Shown in pieces: positions 25,981 through 40,200 of a stretch of DNA of 64,000 bases. The notes under the pieces are model-generated. The model made no database searches, was not told where the DNA came from, and was given only the letters and a program-made list of their open reading frames with translations. The DNA is from Proteromonas lacertae (lineage: Eukaryota). The stretch is taken from positions 124,001 through 188,000 of the forward strand of contig NGBS01000305.1 in the NCBI GenBank assembly GCA_002245135.1. The letters run 5' to 3'. A program made the position numbers and the translations under genes. How positions within the stretch are numbered: the first letter of the stretch is position 1; each line of letters opens with the position of its first letter.

Positions 25981-28900
25981 ATGAGATTCATAATTTTATA
26001 TTTTTACATATTTAGTCTCTATATATGCATATAGTATTAAATAGTATAATTATATGTGAATAGATTCTCAATCAATAAACACCTGTTCTACTGGCAGTTA
26101 TAAAGTGGAAAATGAACCATTCAATGAATGTTCTGGATATAGGACATGTGAACCAGGATATTATTGTGAAAATGAAATTAAGAAAACCTTGTCCTAGGTG
26201 CAACATATGGATTAACATCAGCATTAGATAATCCAAAATGTTCGGGAATATGTCCTGAGGGTTATTATTGCCCAGAAGGAACAGTTGATCCATTCTCTAA
26301 TCCTTGTGGTTCATCAAGCTATTATTGTCCAAAAGGTTCAAGTGCACCTATCAAAATATCATTAGGTTATTATGGAATAGGTAACTCAACTACAACCTTC
26401 TCATCACAAGAAATATGTCCAGAAGGATCCTATTGTATGGATGGAATGAAATCATTATGTCCTGGTGGTACTTATGGTGATAAAAGAGGTTTATCTTCTC
26501 CGTTATGCAGTGGAATATGTCCAGAAGGATATTATTGTGATGTTGGTACAAAATATTCAAATGAAAATGTTTGTGGTGATAGTAATGTGTATTGTCCAAA
26601 AGGAAGTATTAGACCATTGCCAATGTATATATATATATATATTTATTTATTTATAATAATAATTTATTATATTTAGTGAAAAAGGATATTATGGATATGG
26701 TGGAAAAGATGAAAAACATCAAACAAACAAAGCAATTTGTCCAATTGGTTATTACTGTATAAATGGTGTAAAATATATATGTCCAAGTGGAAAATATAAT
26801 GATAAAGAAGGTTCCGTTGAATGTAGTGGAGATTGTGAAGCTGGATATTACTGTCCTGAAGGCAGTATAATAAATACAATGAATAAATGTGGAAATAATA
26901 CAGTTTATTGTCCAAAATCATCATCTTATCCACTAAACGTTAAACCTGGTTATTATACATATGGAAATGACGAATATACACGTAGTAATGAAAGAATATG
27001 TAGTAAAGGTTATTATTGTATTGATGGTCGAAGTATAGAATGTCCAATTGGTTATTATGGAAATGAAGAAGGATTATCTTCACCATATTGTAGTGGAAAA
27101 TGCCCAGAAGGATATATATGTAATACAACAGCTACAATTAATCCAATAGAATGTGGTTATAGTTTTGATGAGAATATGAATGAAATGATTGGAGAGAATA
27201 GAGGATATTGTCCATCAGGAAGTTGTATAATTTATAATTATATTTAAATTAATATTCTTAAATAGTTAAACATATTGTAGCTGAACCTGGTTATTATACA
27301 GTTGGTGGTGATTCAATGACTCGATCAGATGTTCGACTATGTGAAGAAGGTCACTACTGTATCAATGGTACTAAATACATATGTCCAAAAGGTAGTTATG
27401 GCTTGACTAGAGGTTTGTCTTCAAGAAATTGTAGTGGATTATGTTCTAAAGGATATTATTGTCCTGATGATGGTTCAGTATTTAATAACAGTATAGAATG
27501 TGGAAGAAGTAATTTATACTGTCCATATGATGGAATGATAAAGCCAATGGAAATAATGAAAGGATATTATGGTTATGGAGGGAATAATGTAGCAACTAAA
27601 ACTAATATATCAATATGTCCATTAGGTTATTATTGTATAAATGGTGATAAATATATATGTCCAAGTGGTAGATATGGTAATGAAAGTGGCTTATATACTA
27701 AAGAATGTAGTGGTATTTGTCCAAGTGGATATTATTGTCCAGAAGGTACAATAATTCCATTAAAATGTAATGATGTTAATAAATATTGCCCAGAAGGTTC
27801 TATTCTTCCATTAGATGTACCAATTGGATATTATAGTAAGAATACATACAATGATAAAGAATGGGATTGTGATATAAAGAGAAACGATAACTCTTCGAAT
27901 TGTGGTGATTTTAGTATAAGAGATTCAATAGAACAATGTGAAGTTGGTCATTATTGTATAGATGGTATTAGATATTTATGTTTTGGAGGTTATTATGGCA
28001 ATTCAAAAGGATTAATCAACGGTGAATGTAGTGGATTATGTAAAGAAGGATATTATTGTTTAAATGGAAGTATAGTGAATAATGAATATAAATGTGGAAA
28101 TGTGAATTTATATTGTCCTTCAGGTAGTTCTAGACCATTAACAGTTCCAGTTGGAAGTTATAGTGATGAATTAGAAGATGAATTATTGAAGAGTAAATAT
28201 TATAACTGTGAACCAGGTTATTATTGTAAAAATGGATTAAGATATAAGTGTAAAAGAGGTTATTATGGAGATGGATATAATGAAAGTGTGAGTAGTTGTA
28301 GTGGAAGTTGCCATAGTGGATATTATTGCAATGAAGGTTCAACAAATAGCGAAGAAAATGAATGTGGAGATGAATCATTATACTGTCCAAGTGGTAGTTA
28401 TATCCCATTGAAAATCCCAGCTGGTTATTATGGAGTTGGAAATAGTAAAACAACTCAATATACATATAAAATATGCGAGAAAGGCCATTGGTGTGTAAAC
28501 GGAAGAAAATCTATTTGTGAAAGTGGTCGATATGGAAATGCTACTGGTTTAAGTGATCAAAAATGTAGTGGTTTATGTCCAGCTGGTTATTATTGTTTAA
28601 ATGGAACAATTGATGATTTTATAAGATGTGGAAGTATTGAATATTATTGTCCAGAAGGAAGTAGTAATAGATTGAAATGTGGAAGTGGATATTATACAGT
28701 AAATGTTAATTCAAACTTATTAAATACAAGTGATAGTAATAGTGCAACTACTGTTGGGGATAGTAGTAGTTCAATAGATGGTGAAGATTATGATGAATAT
28801 GAAGAGATAAGAGATGAAATAAGAATATGTGAAAAAGGCAATTATTGTTTTGGAGGTAAAAAATATAAATGTGAAAGTGGTAGATATGGAAATGAAAATG

Positions 28901-29100
28901 GATTGAGTGATAGTGAATGTAGTGGTTTATGTCCTGCAGGTTATTATTGTCCTGAAGAAACGAATGAGCCAATTAAATGTGCTAATAATAGTTATAGTTC
29001 AATTGGTTCTTCTAGTTGTATAAGATGTGAGGTAGGAGATGTAATGGAAGGTTCAATGTTATGTCAAGATAGTGAAATTTGTTGTTATAATCGAGTTTGA
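25981..29100 (+). CDS. Secreted/surface cysteine-rich tandem-repeat protein (GCC2-GCC3/ephrin-receptor-like CPxGxYC repeats)
   Basis: Hydrophobic N-terminus; many units of C.xGYYCxxG..CPxGxYG..GL....CSGxCxxGYYCPxGS..CG....YCPxGS; 5' part has introns and apparent indels so the start is less certain. Confidence 0.8.
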
Positions 29101-29352
29101 TATATTTTGTAATAAATATTAACTTAACTTAAATAATTAATAGTAATATTTAATAATTGTTGAATTAGAGTGTAATAAATACAATTACATTAAGATAAAA
29201 GAGAATTAAAAATTGTGTTTGAGAAAAGCTTGAATAGTGAGTTTTACTTATTACAAATATACAGGCTAAATAACAATTTCAAAAAATAAATAAAAAATAA
29301 TTCAAATAAAATTACATTAAAAGAATCGATAAAGAAGAGCATTGATCAAAAA

Positions 29353-31282
29353 ATGAAAGATTACTCACTAGGAGAAGAAGTAGAGGTTTATATTGTATAT
29401 GAAGGAAGAGGAGAATGGATAAAAACAAAAATTCATGATTATGATTGTGAGAAAGATGAATTTGGTTGTTTTATAAGATTTGGTGTAAAAGCTGATAAAA
29501 TGAGAAAATTGGATAATGATAGAAAAAGAAAAGTAATAAAACATGAAAATTATTATCCAACTCTAACACGAGATTATGTTGATAAAGAAATAGGAGAATG
29601 GAATAAAAGAATATAAAATAAAATATATTGATGAAAGAGATGGTCCAACTGTAAGAATAGTAAGTGAAGATAAAATAGAAGAGGTGTATATAGAATCACA
29701 ACCATTTGATGATGAAGCAAAAGAAGAAGAAAAGAATGAAGATATTATAGAATATTTTATAGGAGAAGAAGTGGAAGTTTTATTGATGTTTAAAGGAAAA
29801 GAACAATGGATTAAAGCTGTTGTAAATGAATATGATAATGAAAAGAATGAATTTAGTTTGAAAATTGGAAGTGTGATAAGATATGGAATAAAACCAGAAA
29901 ATGTGAGAAAATTAACAGAGAAGAGAAAGAAAAGAACAAAAGAAGAAGAGAAAAAAGAAGAAGAGGAGAAAAATATGAACAACAAGAAAAGCATTTGTAT
30001 CAATTAGGACAAGAAGTAGAGGTGAATATAAATTTTGCATGGAGAGATAAAAAAGAAAATAGGAAAAATAAAAAGTTGTAATTATGAAAGTGATGATTAT
30101 TATATAATATTTGATGATTGTACTCGTTCTATTAAATCTGAAGATATAATGAGAAGAATTGTTCAACAATTATATAAAATCAATGAAGAAGTTGAAGTTT
30201 ATATGAATTACATAGGAAAAGAATGGATGGAGAGAAAGCAAAAGTAAAAGATTTCAATTCAGAAAAAGATGAATATTTATTAGAATATGGCAGTAATAAC
30301 TCCAAATGTTTCCCTTCAAATCTGATAAGAAAAATGAGTAATGATGTAAAATATTATGTTAAAGAAGAAGTAGAAGTAAATATAAAAGATAATACAAATC
30401 CAGAATGGATAAAAACAAAAATTGTGGGTTGGGATACTGTAAAGAATGAATATAAAGTGTTGTTGAATGGAAGAATGGAATCTGTAGGAAAAGATAGAAT
30501 AAGAAAAATAGTAAAGGAAGAAGTAGAAATATACAAAGAAGGTGAATTAGTAGAAGCAAATATATTTGGAGTATGGAAGAAAGTTAAAATAATTAAATAT
30601 GATGAGAGAATGAAATGAGTATTTATGTTAGCTATTATCAACAATCAAAATACATTTAGTCAAAGCCAGAGAATATAAGAAGAATAAAAAGTAAATATAA
30701 AATAGGAGATGTGGTTGTAATGAGAAATAGATATGATTGGATTCCAGGAATAATAAAGAGTATAGATAAAGAAAACAACAAGTATATTTTAATATAATAT
30801 ATATTTTATATTTAGATATGAAATATGTGTAGAAAGTGAAAAGAAAAGATATGTTGATGTAAAAGAAGAAGATATAAGATGTATATTATGGTAATTGGTG
30901 AAAAAGTTAAAGTGTATGTAACAAAGAATGGAAAAGCTGAATTGGTTGGAAGGAAGAATAACACATTATTATTCAAACGAGAATTCATATAAAATACAAT
31001 CTACTAGATTGCTGGATAGAATTTTGCTGAATAAAATAAAACCAATTGTATATTTTATTATCATTATCATATGAATAGAATAAAGAAGATCATCATGATA
31101 TTAAAGAAGATAAAACATGTCAATATTACTCTGACTTATCAAAAACAGGATATTATACAGCCAATTTATTAAAATTTCACAAATATGAAGATGGAAGAAG
31201 AGAATATGAAATAAGATATTTAAATAAAGACAACTATGAGACTAAAACTGTAGATATATCAAAAATTAAAATTACAGTGTAA
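29353..31282 (+). pseudogene. Free-standing Tudor/Agenet-like repeat gene, broken by about 7-8 frameshifts (pseudogene or poorly polished sequence)
   Basis: Repeated Y.(L/I)GEEVEV....G..EW.K.KI..YD.EK.E[FY] units continue across changing frames. Confidence 0.65.
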
Positions 31283-31345
31283 ATCTAAAATATAATATCC
31301 CTTTTCTGTTGTCTTAACGTAAATTCAACAAAAAAAATTACAACA

Positions 31346-31765
31346 CTAATTATGAATCATTTTCTTTAAGTTCTTTGCTAATTGACCTTCTACTTCAGTT
31401 TTACTCATCAATCTTCTCATTCTCTTTCTTGTAAATGGACCAGCGTGATGTCTTCTACCAGCTTGTGTTCTTAATACTTCTCCATTTGGACGAACAGTGA
31501 TTCTCTTTGCTACTGCTTTTTTAGTCTTCAATCCAGTTCCAAAAAATCTTAACTATATTTTTTATAATATTTTTAAAAAATACGAACATTGTATTAACAC
31601 AAAAAGAAGAAAACGGTCTAATGTTGATATTTTGAGTGAAAATTGGTTTTATTCCATAAAAAACACTTGGAATTGGTTTTATAAAATATCTATTATATAT
31701 TCAAATGAATGGCTATACTGATATGAACGAAAAAAGGTGGCAAACATGTTTGATTTGATTTTCAT
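31346..31765 (-). CDS. MRPL35: Organellar (mitochondrion/MRO) ribosomal protein bL35 with N-terminal extension, multi-exon
   Basis: KTKKAVAKRITVRPNGEVLRTQAGRRH..RKRMRRL matches bacterial-type L35; upstream exons are F/R/S/K-rich; start could be 31765 or 31747. Confidence 0.8.
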
Positions 31766-31868
31766 TTTGAATTTTTAATCTACATTCTTATAAAATTCAA
31801 CAAAAAAACATTATCAAATGAATTGTATGCTAATAATAATATGATGTCAAAGAAATCAAATCATTATT

Positions 31869-34800
31869 TTAAAATTTCACTGCTTTTTCATACATTTCTT
31901 CTATTCTTCTGATATTTCTGGATGAAATACTACGTATAGTTGCACTTCCACTCTGAAGATCATAGCAATCATTACTTTCACTGTATGATAATATTTTCAC
32001 TCTTTTCCATTCTTCTTTTCCTGTTGCTCCAATTTTTGCTTCAACTTCTAATCCATTCTGAAAAATACCACTTTCAAGTTGATTTTCATTCACATTAACA
32101 TCATAATTAACATTTCCTTCTTTTTCATATCTTATAATATATAATAATTCATCATAAATTGAATGAACTATTCCTTTACATTTTATACCATCTTTGTTAT
32201 AAAACACTTTATCACCTATCTTATACTCTCCTTTTCCTTCTTCTATCAACTCAATCTCATTATCTGGAACATGATAATAGATGATATTATTATTACTTAA
32301 ATCATACATATCATAAGTGTAATCAAATCCATGAATTAATTTCACTTTCATCTTTTTATCTAATCCTTTTGTCTTTACAATATCACCAACATTGAATAAC
32401 AATTTCTTATTGACTATTCTTGAGATATAGTAATTTGGAATATTTTTACAATATGTATCATTATCATAAACAATATTATATGTTGTTACATCATCTTTTC
32501 TTACTATTTCATTGATTGTTCCTGTTTGTTTATCTTCATTTATTATTCTTTCACCAACTTCAAATAATTCTGTTGATTCATAATATGGTAATAATTTCTC
32601 ATAAGCAACTGCTTCATAATAATCATTATCATCAAAATATAATGAATAAGTTCCATTTCTATTAATCTCTGTGATTATTCCTCTATAATAAATGCCTTTT
32701 ACATTATCTAATACTCTTGATCCAACAATGAAATTACATTCATTTATTAAGAAGATATTTTCTGGCGAAATATTTGAGATTCTTTGATTTGATTCAATAG
32801 TAAAAAATCCATCATTATCTATTGGTCCAACTTTTCCTTTAATTATCTTTCCAGAATCAACATCAATACAGAAAGATGGTCTATTTGGATATAAATTGTA
32901 AGGTTTCATTAATAATGGTGAAATATTTCTGATGATATGATTATTGGGTAATACAATTTGATATGTCAATTGATTAAATCCAACTACTGTTCCTGGAGTT
33001 ACATAATTTCCTAATTCAACATTCACTTTCTTCAACAAAGCATAAGAATCTGTATGAAGATTTCTTACATTTTCCATATCACATAACATTGTTTTTTCAT
33101 TACCTTTTTCTATTGTTTCTATTTCATAATACTGAGATCTTAATTCTGTAATTCTTCCTTCATACCATTTATTTTCACCAGCTTTTCTGTATATTACATT
33201 ATCTCCAACTTTATACATATCATAAAATGATACTTTTAAAGGTAATGACATTTTTTTATCATATCTTGTTTCTACAATTGCAGTATCTGAATTGAAACTA
33301 TATTGAATAATTACTCCACTTGCAGAATAATCTATAGCTTCTTCTTTTGATTTTAATAAACATAAAACTTTCAGATTTGGAGCAGTTCTTTGAACTTCAA
33401 CAATATCACCAACTTTAAACTTTCTTGAATTATCATTTTCTTCTTTGCTTGGTGTGATAATAGAAGGATGAATTCTTTTAATGATTATTCCTTGATCAGT
33501 TAATACATTGATTAAATCTTTCTCAATAGATATTATACTACACTCAATAACTCCAGAGGATATTGTTACTTTCACTTTATCACCTATATGATAGGTTGTT
33601 CCAAAAATCAATCCAGTTTTTAATTTTACTTCAAGTGTTGTTGTTTTTTCTTCAGCTGATTTTATCAGTTTCTCTTTCACTGTAAAATCATATTCACCAT
33701 TTTCATAACTGATATTGTATGTTTTATTCTTATTAATTGAGTTAATAATTCCTTTTACTAATGTTTGATCATGAGTATCAAGATCAACTGGATGTAGATT
33801 TCTTACAATCTCATTATTACTGTATATAAAAACATCAAATCTATAAGCAAAGAATAAATATATAATCTATTACTATACGTTGCATCTTCATAAACTGTAG
33901 TGATTGTTCCATAACTCATTTTTGATCTAACAAACACAGTATCTCCTAAATCAAATATTGCTGAACCAACTGCATTTCTTGGAGTTCTTGGAGTTTCAGG
34001 TCTCATTTTATTCTATAAATATTAAACTAAACAAGTAACTTAAATACATTAATATCATTTTCAAAAGATGTATATTCAAAGTAATATAAAGGTTCTGGAT
34101 TATCAAGGGATGATCTTTTCTTAAACTTATCAACAATATCTTTAAAATCTCCTTCAAACTTTTGTGTTTTTGATAATGTATCAATTGAACTGACTAATAA
34201 ATTAGCTTTGTAATGAGTATAAACTCTATCTATTTCTTCTAAACATCCAATAAGAATGTTTAAATCCATATCATTAGCTTGGCTATTAAATTCTTCCATC
34301 TTTTCTTCATTTATTGCAACTTTTTCTTTCTTACAAAAACCACTATTTTATTATATATATAAATAAGAACAATATACGCAAATGTTTTAATCTTTTCAAT
34401 CACTTGACTCTTTATACTTTGAGATAAATTGACAAATTGATTTCGCATCATCAATTATCATAGCCAATTCATTCTTAATATTCTCATATTGTGATATACT
34501 CAAGTCATTCTTTGAGTATTTCTCTTTCATTGGAAGATTTGGTTGAAAGTTTGGATGTTTTCCTGTGGTAAATTCACCATAACGATTAACTCTCAAATAT
34601 TTAACTGACATATCTGATAAGTCTATTGGTGCAAAAGTATTACCAACAGCTTCCATTATTCTAACATATTGATAACTAATAATTAAAATAATTAACAAAA
34701 GATATAAATACTATTTTGATTCATATTCATTCTTTGATTTTGATAAGTCAGTAAATTCTTTATTCTTCCTTGCTATTTCTTCTCTCACTTTATCTAAACT

Positions 34801-37030
34801 GCTAATATAATCTATTGGAAGTAGTTTAATCTCTTCATTATTGTATTTTGTATAACACTTGAAGAATTGTTCTTCTTCTGGTTTTAAAACAACTTTTCTT
34901 GTTTGTTTCTAATGATTATAACACAATTACTTTATCATACACTTATTGTTGATAATGAATTCATATACTCAATACATTTCTCTTTATCTTTTTCAAATTC
35001 ATCATCATCTATCACTTTCAGCATTCTTTCAAGAATAGATCTTTCACTTGATAATGATTCATTACTTTCACAACTCTTTACTAATTCATTTCTAAAATAT
35101 AAACTATAAGATATATATACATTTCATTCTTTATTAAATCATTATTAATATCTTCTTTAGACTCACCATCATTCTGCTCTTCAAAACATTCTTTGAAATA
35201 CTATTACAATAAACACAACAATAATAATACTCTATAAACATCTTCAACTATTCTAAGTGATCTAAAACACTGTAAAACATCTTTCTTTTGATTAAAACAG
35301 TAATTATATTCAATTACATTGAGAGTATTAGTAATGTAATCTTGAAGAGGATTTAAATCACCTGATAATTCTGATCTAATTTTGTATAAAGCATTTCTAT
35401 ATTATAAAACAATAACATATATATACATTTTCTTAATGCAATTATTCAGTTTATCTAACAGTATCTTAGACTCATCTTTTCTATCATTCTCTTTATTTAC
35501 ATCTTTCCCATTATTCTCTTTTGATTCATTTCCTTTATCACCATCTTTACATTCACTTCCTTTATCAATATCTTTAGATTCTTCTGTTCTATTAGCAGTG
35601 TCTTTTGAATATTCTTCTTTATTTACATCTCCATAATTAATTTCATATTTCCACCAACCATTCAATATTGCTCCATAATAACTACATCCACTAGCAACAC
35701 ATTCATCCATATTCAATGTTCTAATCACTTTCTCTTCACCAACATATGATTCTATAATACTTTGAAAATATGGAATTCTCATTGATCCACCAACTGGAAT
35801 AGCAAACAATTCACTTCTTTTTTCACTTGGTATCTTTTCTACCACTTTTTCAATTAACTGTTTCATCTTTTCTTCTAAACCATTATCTAATAATTATATT
35901 GTTAATATCATCAACTGATAATTCAAAGTCATATGAATCATCATCTGGCAAATCAACTGAAACTTGAATCTATTTAAATATATGATGAAATATAAATATA
36001 CAGTATCTGCTCCAGTGGCACTTAACTTTTCTTTACATTTTATCAACTCTTTGAACATATTTCTTTTGAATTTATCATCTATTACTAATTCACTATTTTC
36101 TTCCTTTGCTTTGGCTGTATATTTTTCAACCAGAAGTGAATCGATTATTCGACCATTTATTCCACAATCATTTTCACTAACAATTATTTCACATTTATCC
36201 TATTATAAAACAATATTATATTATATTATAAATATATATTTATACACTCTCATATTTACTGATTGTACAGTTACAGTTCAAATATCCCATATCTACTATC
36301 ATCAAATACTTATCTTCTTTCTTCGCTTTTATTGTGTTGTTATTCTCATAACCATAACTTAAACTTATACTAACATTCTCAGGAATATAACTGTAAATAT
36401 TTAAATCTATTCATTTTCAATATTATTATTATATATTATTATACTCAAATGATTACATAACATATGAAGCACTCCTTTCTCAACTTCACCATAATAGTTG
36501 GGAATTGATATGATCATTGGAATTGCATTTGTACTTTTATAGTTTATTATTTCTTTCACTTTTTCAAGTAACATATAATAGATTTCTTCGATACTCAATT
36601 CATATTCACCAACCTATTCATTTTCATATTCATCATTTTCATATACTTTATATATCATTCCATCATCATCATTTCTTTCAGGAACATTTTCAAATAAACT
36701 CAATTTTCCACTTTTACTTACTTTTTCATAACTCGCACAAAATAAATCTTTCACACTCTTTATACTGAATTTCATATCTCGTCGACCCTGCTCATATTAT
36801 ATAAAATAACATACTGGATCAAAGGCTTTACTACCTACCATTCTACGACCAATATTACCATCCAAAAATATTATTCCACTTCTATATACTTATTATCATC
36901 TTATATATACGAAATATATTTTTCACCCAATTCATTCTCTATTACCTTGTGAATCATCTTATCATTCAAATAGGTGATCACACTTCGATATCCACCAATA
37001 TCAACTCCCATATATAGCGTTTTCAGCCAT
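31869..37030 (-). CDS. Paralog A: Hsp110/Hsp70-like ATPase domain, helical region, Tudor-like repeat array
   Basis: GVDIGG, IISIPNYYG, IVDMGY, KCKEKLSA, IPVGGSMRIPYFQ, RTLNMDECVASGCSYYGAIL; linked via short introns to F.VGD.V..G.I..GTY...DD repeats (31869-33970). Confidence 0.8.
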
Positions 37031-37144
37031 AATGAGCAAAAAATATAAAAGATAGTAATGGGTATTCGAAAATTTGGAAACACCGATAATTTTAAATTCT
37101 TTTTAATCATGCAAATACACAATTTAAATAGATAAAATATGATA
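36118..37144. repeat. Near-identical duplicated segment, copy 1 (about 1.03 kb)
   Basis: Matches 41605-42641 base for base apart from a handful of substitutions/indels; includes introns and ~115 nt upstream of the ATG. Confidence 0.95.
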
Positions 37145-37210
37145 GAGATATAATAAAACCATATACATTTTATAATAATGGTTTTTATTTATAGTAAATA
37201 ATGATTGTCA

Positions 37211-40200
37211 TTAAAATATCTTTCTTTCCAACGGTCTTGGAGGACGCTTTGGAGGTACTGGTAATTGAGGGACAGGTGGTGGTGGTATTGGAGGTGCTTC
37301 ATTTTTCTTCTGCAAAATTGGATTAAATGAAGGTAAAGGCGGAACTGGTGGTGGTATTGTTTTATTTATATCTTGTTTATGTTGGTGATGGTGATGGTGA
37401 TGGTGATTATTCTGATGATGAGAGTTATGTTGTTGTTGTTGATTATCTTCATCTTCCTGTTGTTCTCCATTATCATCACTTTCATCATCTGGAACTGGTG
37501 GTGGTTTAGATATATTTTCTTTCATTACTCTTTTTTCTTCATCATCATCATCATCATCACTTTCAATTGGAGGAGGTTCAATACTTCCAATTTCATTATC
37601 TATCAAGGCAAGATCACATGGTTGAACATTATATCTCAGGATTGAATCAGTTTTTACTGTATAACTATTGTTATCTTCATTATAATCATGAATAATTCCT
37701 CTTTTCCATACTTTTTTACCATCCATTAATACATTTATTCTTACTATCTGATTTACATCAAATACTGTTGAGTTAACTATATCATTAAGTGATATATTTG
37801 TAAAGTAAATTACCTTTTCTTTCTTTATACATCTTAATATCACTTTATCTTCAACTATTGAATGGATTATTCCTTCATACTCTTCTCCATTGTTATGATA
37901 TTTTACTTTCTCACTATCATAAAATATACTATTCTTTTTGTTAAATCTAAATTCATTTTCAGAAAGGCAATAATATGATTTTCCTTTCTTAGTTTTTATG
38001 TTGTAAGTATGATTAAAATAGTTTATTCTTGTAATTTTGCATTTATGTGTCTTGTCTTTTCTTTCATAAACTACTTCATCTCCAACTGAATACTTTGGTT
38101 TAAATGAGTCAAAATCTCTCATTATATCACTTTTATCAACATTCAATTCATATAAATTACCATCATCATATATAATGTTATAACTTCCATCTTTATTCAT
38201 TTCATTTATCATTCCTTTTCTATTTCCATTCTTAACATTCACTATTCTTTCACCAACTTCATAAAGATTAGTTGGATTGTAATAAGGATGAGTAAAACAT
38301 ATAGATAAATGTTCATAATATGTATTATCATCAAATAATATACAAAAATCTCCATTTGCATTATGTCCAATTACATTTCCTTTACAAAAACATTTTTCAA
38401 AATTATGTAAAACAGTTGTTTCAGATGATATATTGTAATCTTTATAAACATAAATATGTGAAGCATCTAATCCAGTATGTTGAATGTTTTTATTTATCAT
38501 AGAAAATGTTCCATTCTCCTCAAAATTACAAATCTTTCCTTTGACTATTTGATTATTACTAACACAGAATACTTCAGTATCATTGTAGAACTTAAAATGA
38601 TGATAATTGAGTATTAGAAATATGATTAACTATTTGATTATTACTTAAGAGTATTGAATAATATGTTTCATTACTAATAGTATTAACTGAAATAACCACT
38701 CCTGGATATGTGATTTCATCGAATGAAACAATCACTTTATTCGTTATTTCATAACAATTTTGATGTTGAATTGGTTTAAGATCTGAAACTTGGTATTGTT
38801 TCTCAATCAATTCATCATTGGCTGGATATTCAACTGTATATTTATCATCATTTAAACCAGTAATTGTTCCAATTGCATATTTATTTTTATCACCAATTTT
38901 AATCAATACTGCCTCGTTCAATATATAATCATGATAACCATTTATTAATATTTCACTACCTCTTATCTTTTTGTTATATCCTATTATGTATATTAATTTA
39001 TTGGTTCTAATATCAAAATTAATAATCTCAGCATTTGAACAATATCCTGTTTCTTCATATTTCACAATACAACGACTATGGATATTCATTGCATTTCTTT
39101 TTACTTCAACTCTATCACCAATATTAAACTCTAATGATTCATTCTTTTCACATTCTTCATATAGTTTCAAATCAGATCTATTTACATCAGTAATAATACA
39201 TGCATCATTATCATATAATGTAACTTTTATTTCACTTTCAATTCTTATTACATTATAATCTTCATTTCCTAATATTACTTTATCTCCAACTTCAAAACCA
39301 CGTTTAAGTAATTTCTTTGGTTGTTTTGTCATTATTCTTTCTGATTCATCATCTTCTTCATCATATAATTGAATCTTAGATTTAGAAATATTAAAATCAA
39401 ATTCACCATTATCATAAGTAATATCATAACTTCCATTTTCATTTATTTTGTTTATATATCCTATATCACTCACTTCATTATTCTCTGTGATTGAATCTTC
39501 AGGTATATTTGTTTCTTTTCTATTACAATTGAATAAATAAACATCATAATATTCATTATCTGATATATTTACAATTACTCCATAACAATAATATGAAGAT
39601 AAATAAACAGTTTGTCCTATTCTAAATTTAGATAGTTTTTTATCTGGAGATTCTACATTCTCTTTTGATAAAGATCTATTCCTCTTCAGCTCTTTTATTC
39701 TATTATTTATCTCTTTTTCAATCTTTACGAAATTACATTGATATAATGCAGAATCTTCTGATTCACATCTATCCTCCAATGATATTAATTCTTTGTTTAT
39801 TTCTTCAAGTATTTCATTATCTTTATACTTATTTCTGATATGTTTGATGAACTTTTTGGCAATTGTTTTTGTGTATTCTTTATCAGTAGTTTTTAATTCG
39901 TTTAATATTGATTCAAATGATAGTGATACACTAGTTAAAGTTTTTCTTTTACTGCTTCTTTTATGTTCATTTGGTAATTTCTTTTCTTTATATGAATTAT
40001 TCATATTATTACTATACATAATATTCAATTAAATAATATATACATTAAATTGGAGAAATTGTTTATTAATTGTAATTTTATTACTGTGTTTAAATCATTA
40101 TACATCTCAACGCTATCACATATTCTGATCAATTCTTTCTTTTTTTCTTCATATTCTTTTGCATTTTTCAATATCACTTTGTCTTCTATTTTATAATCGA

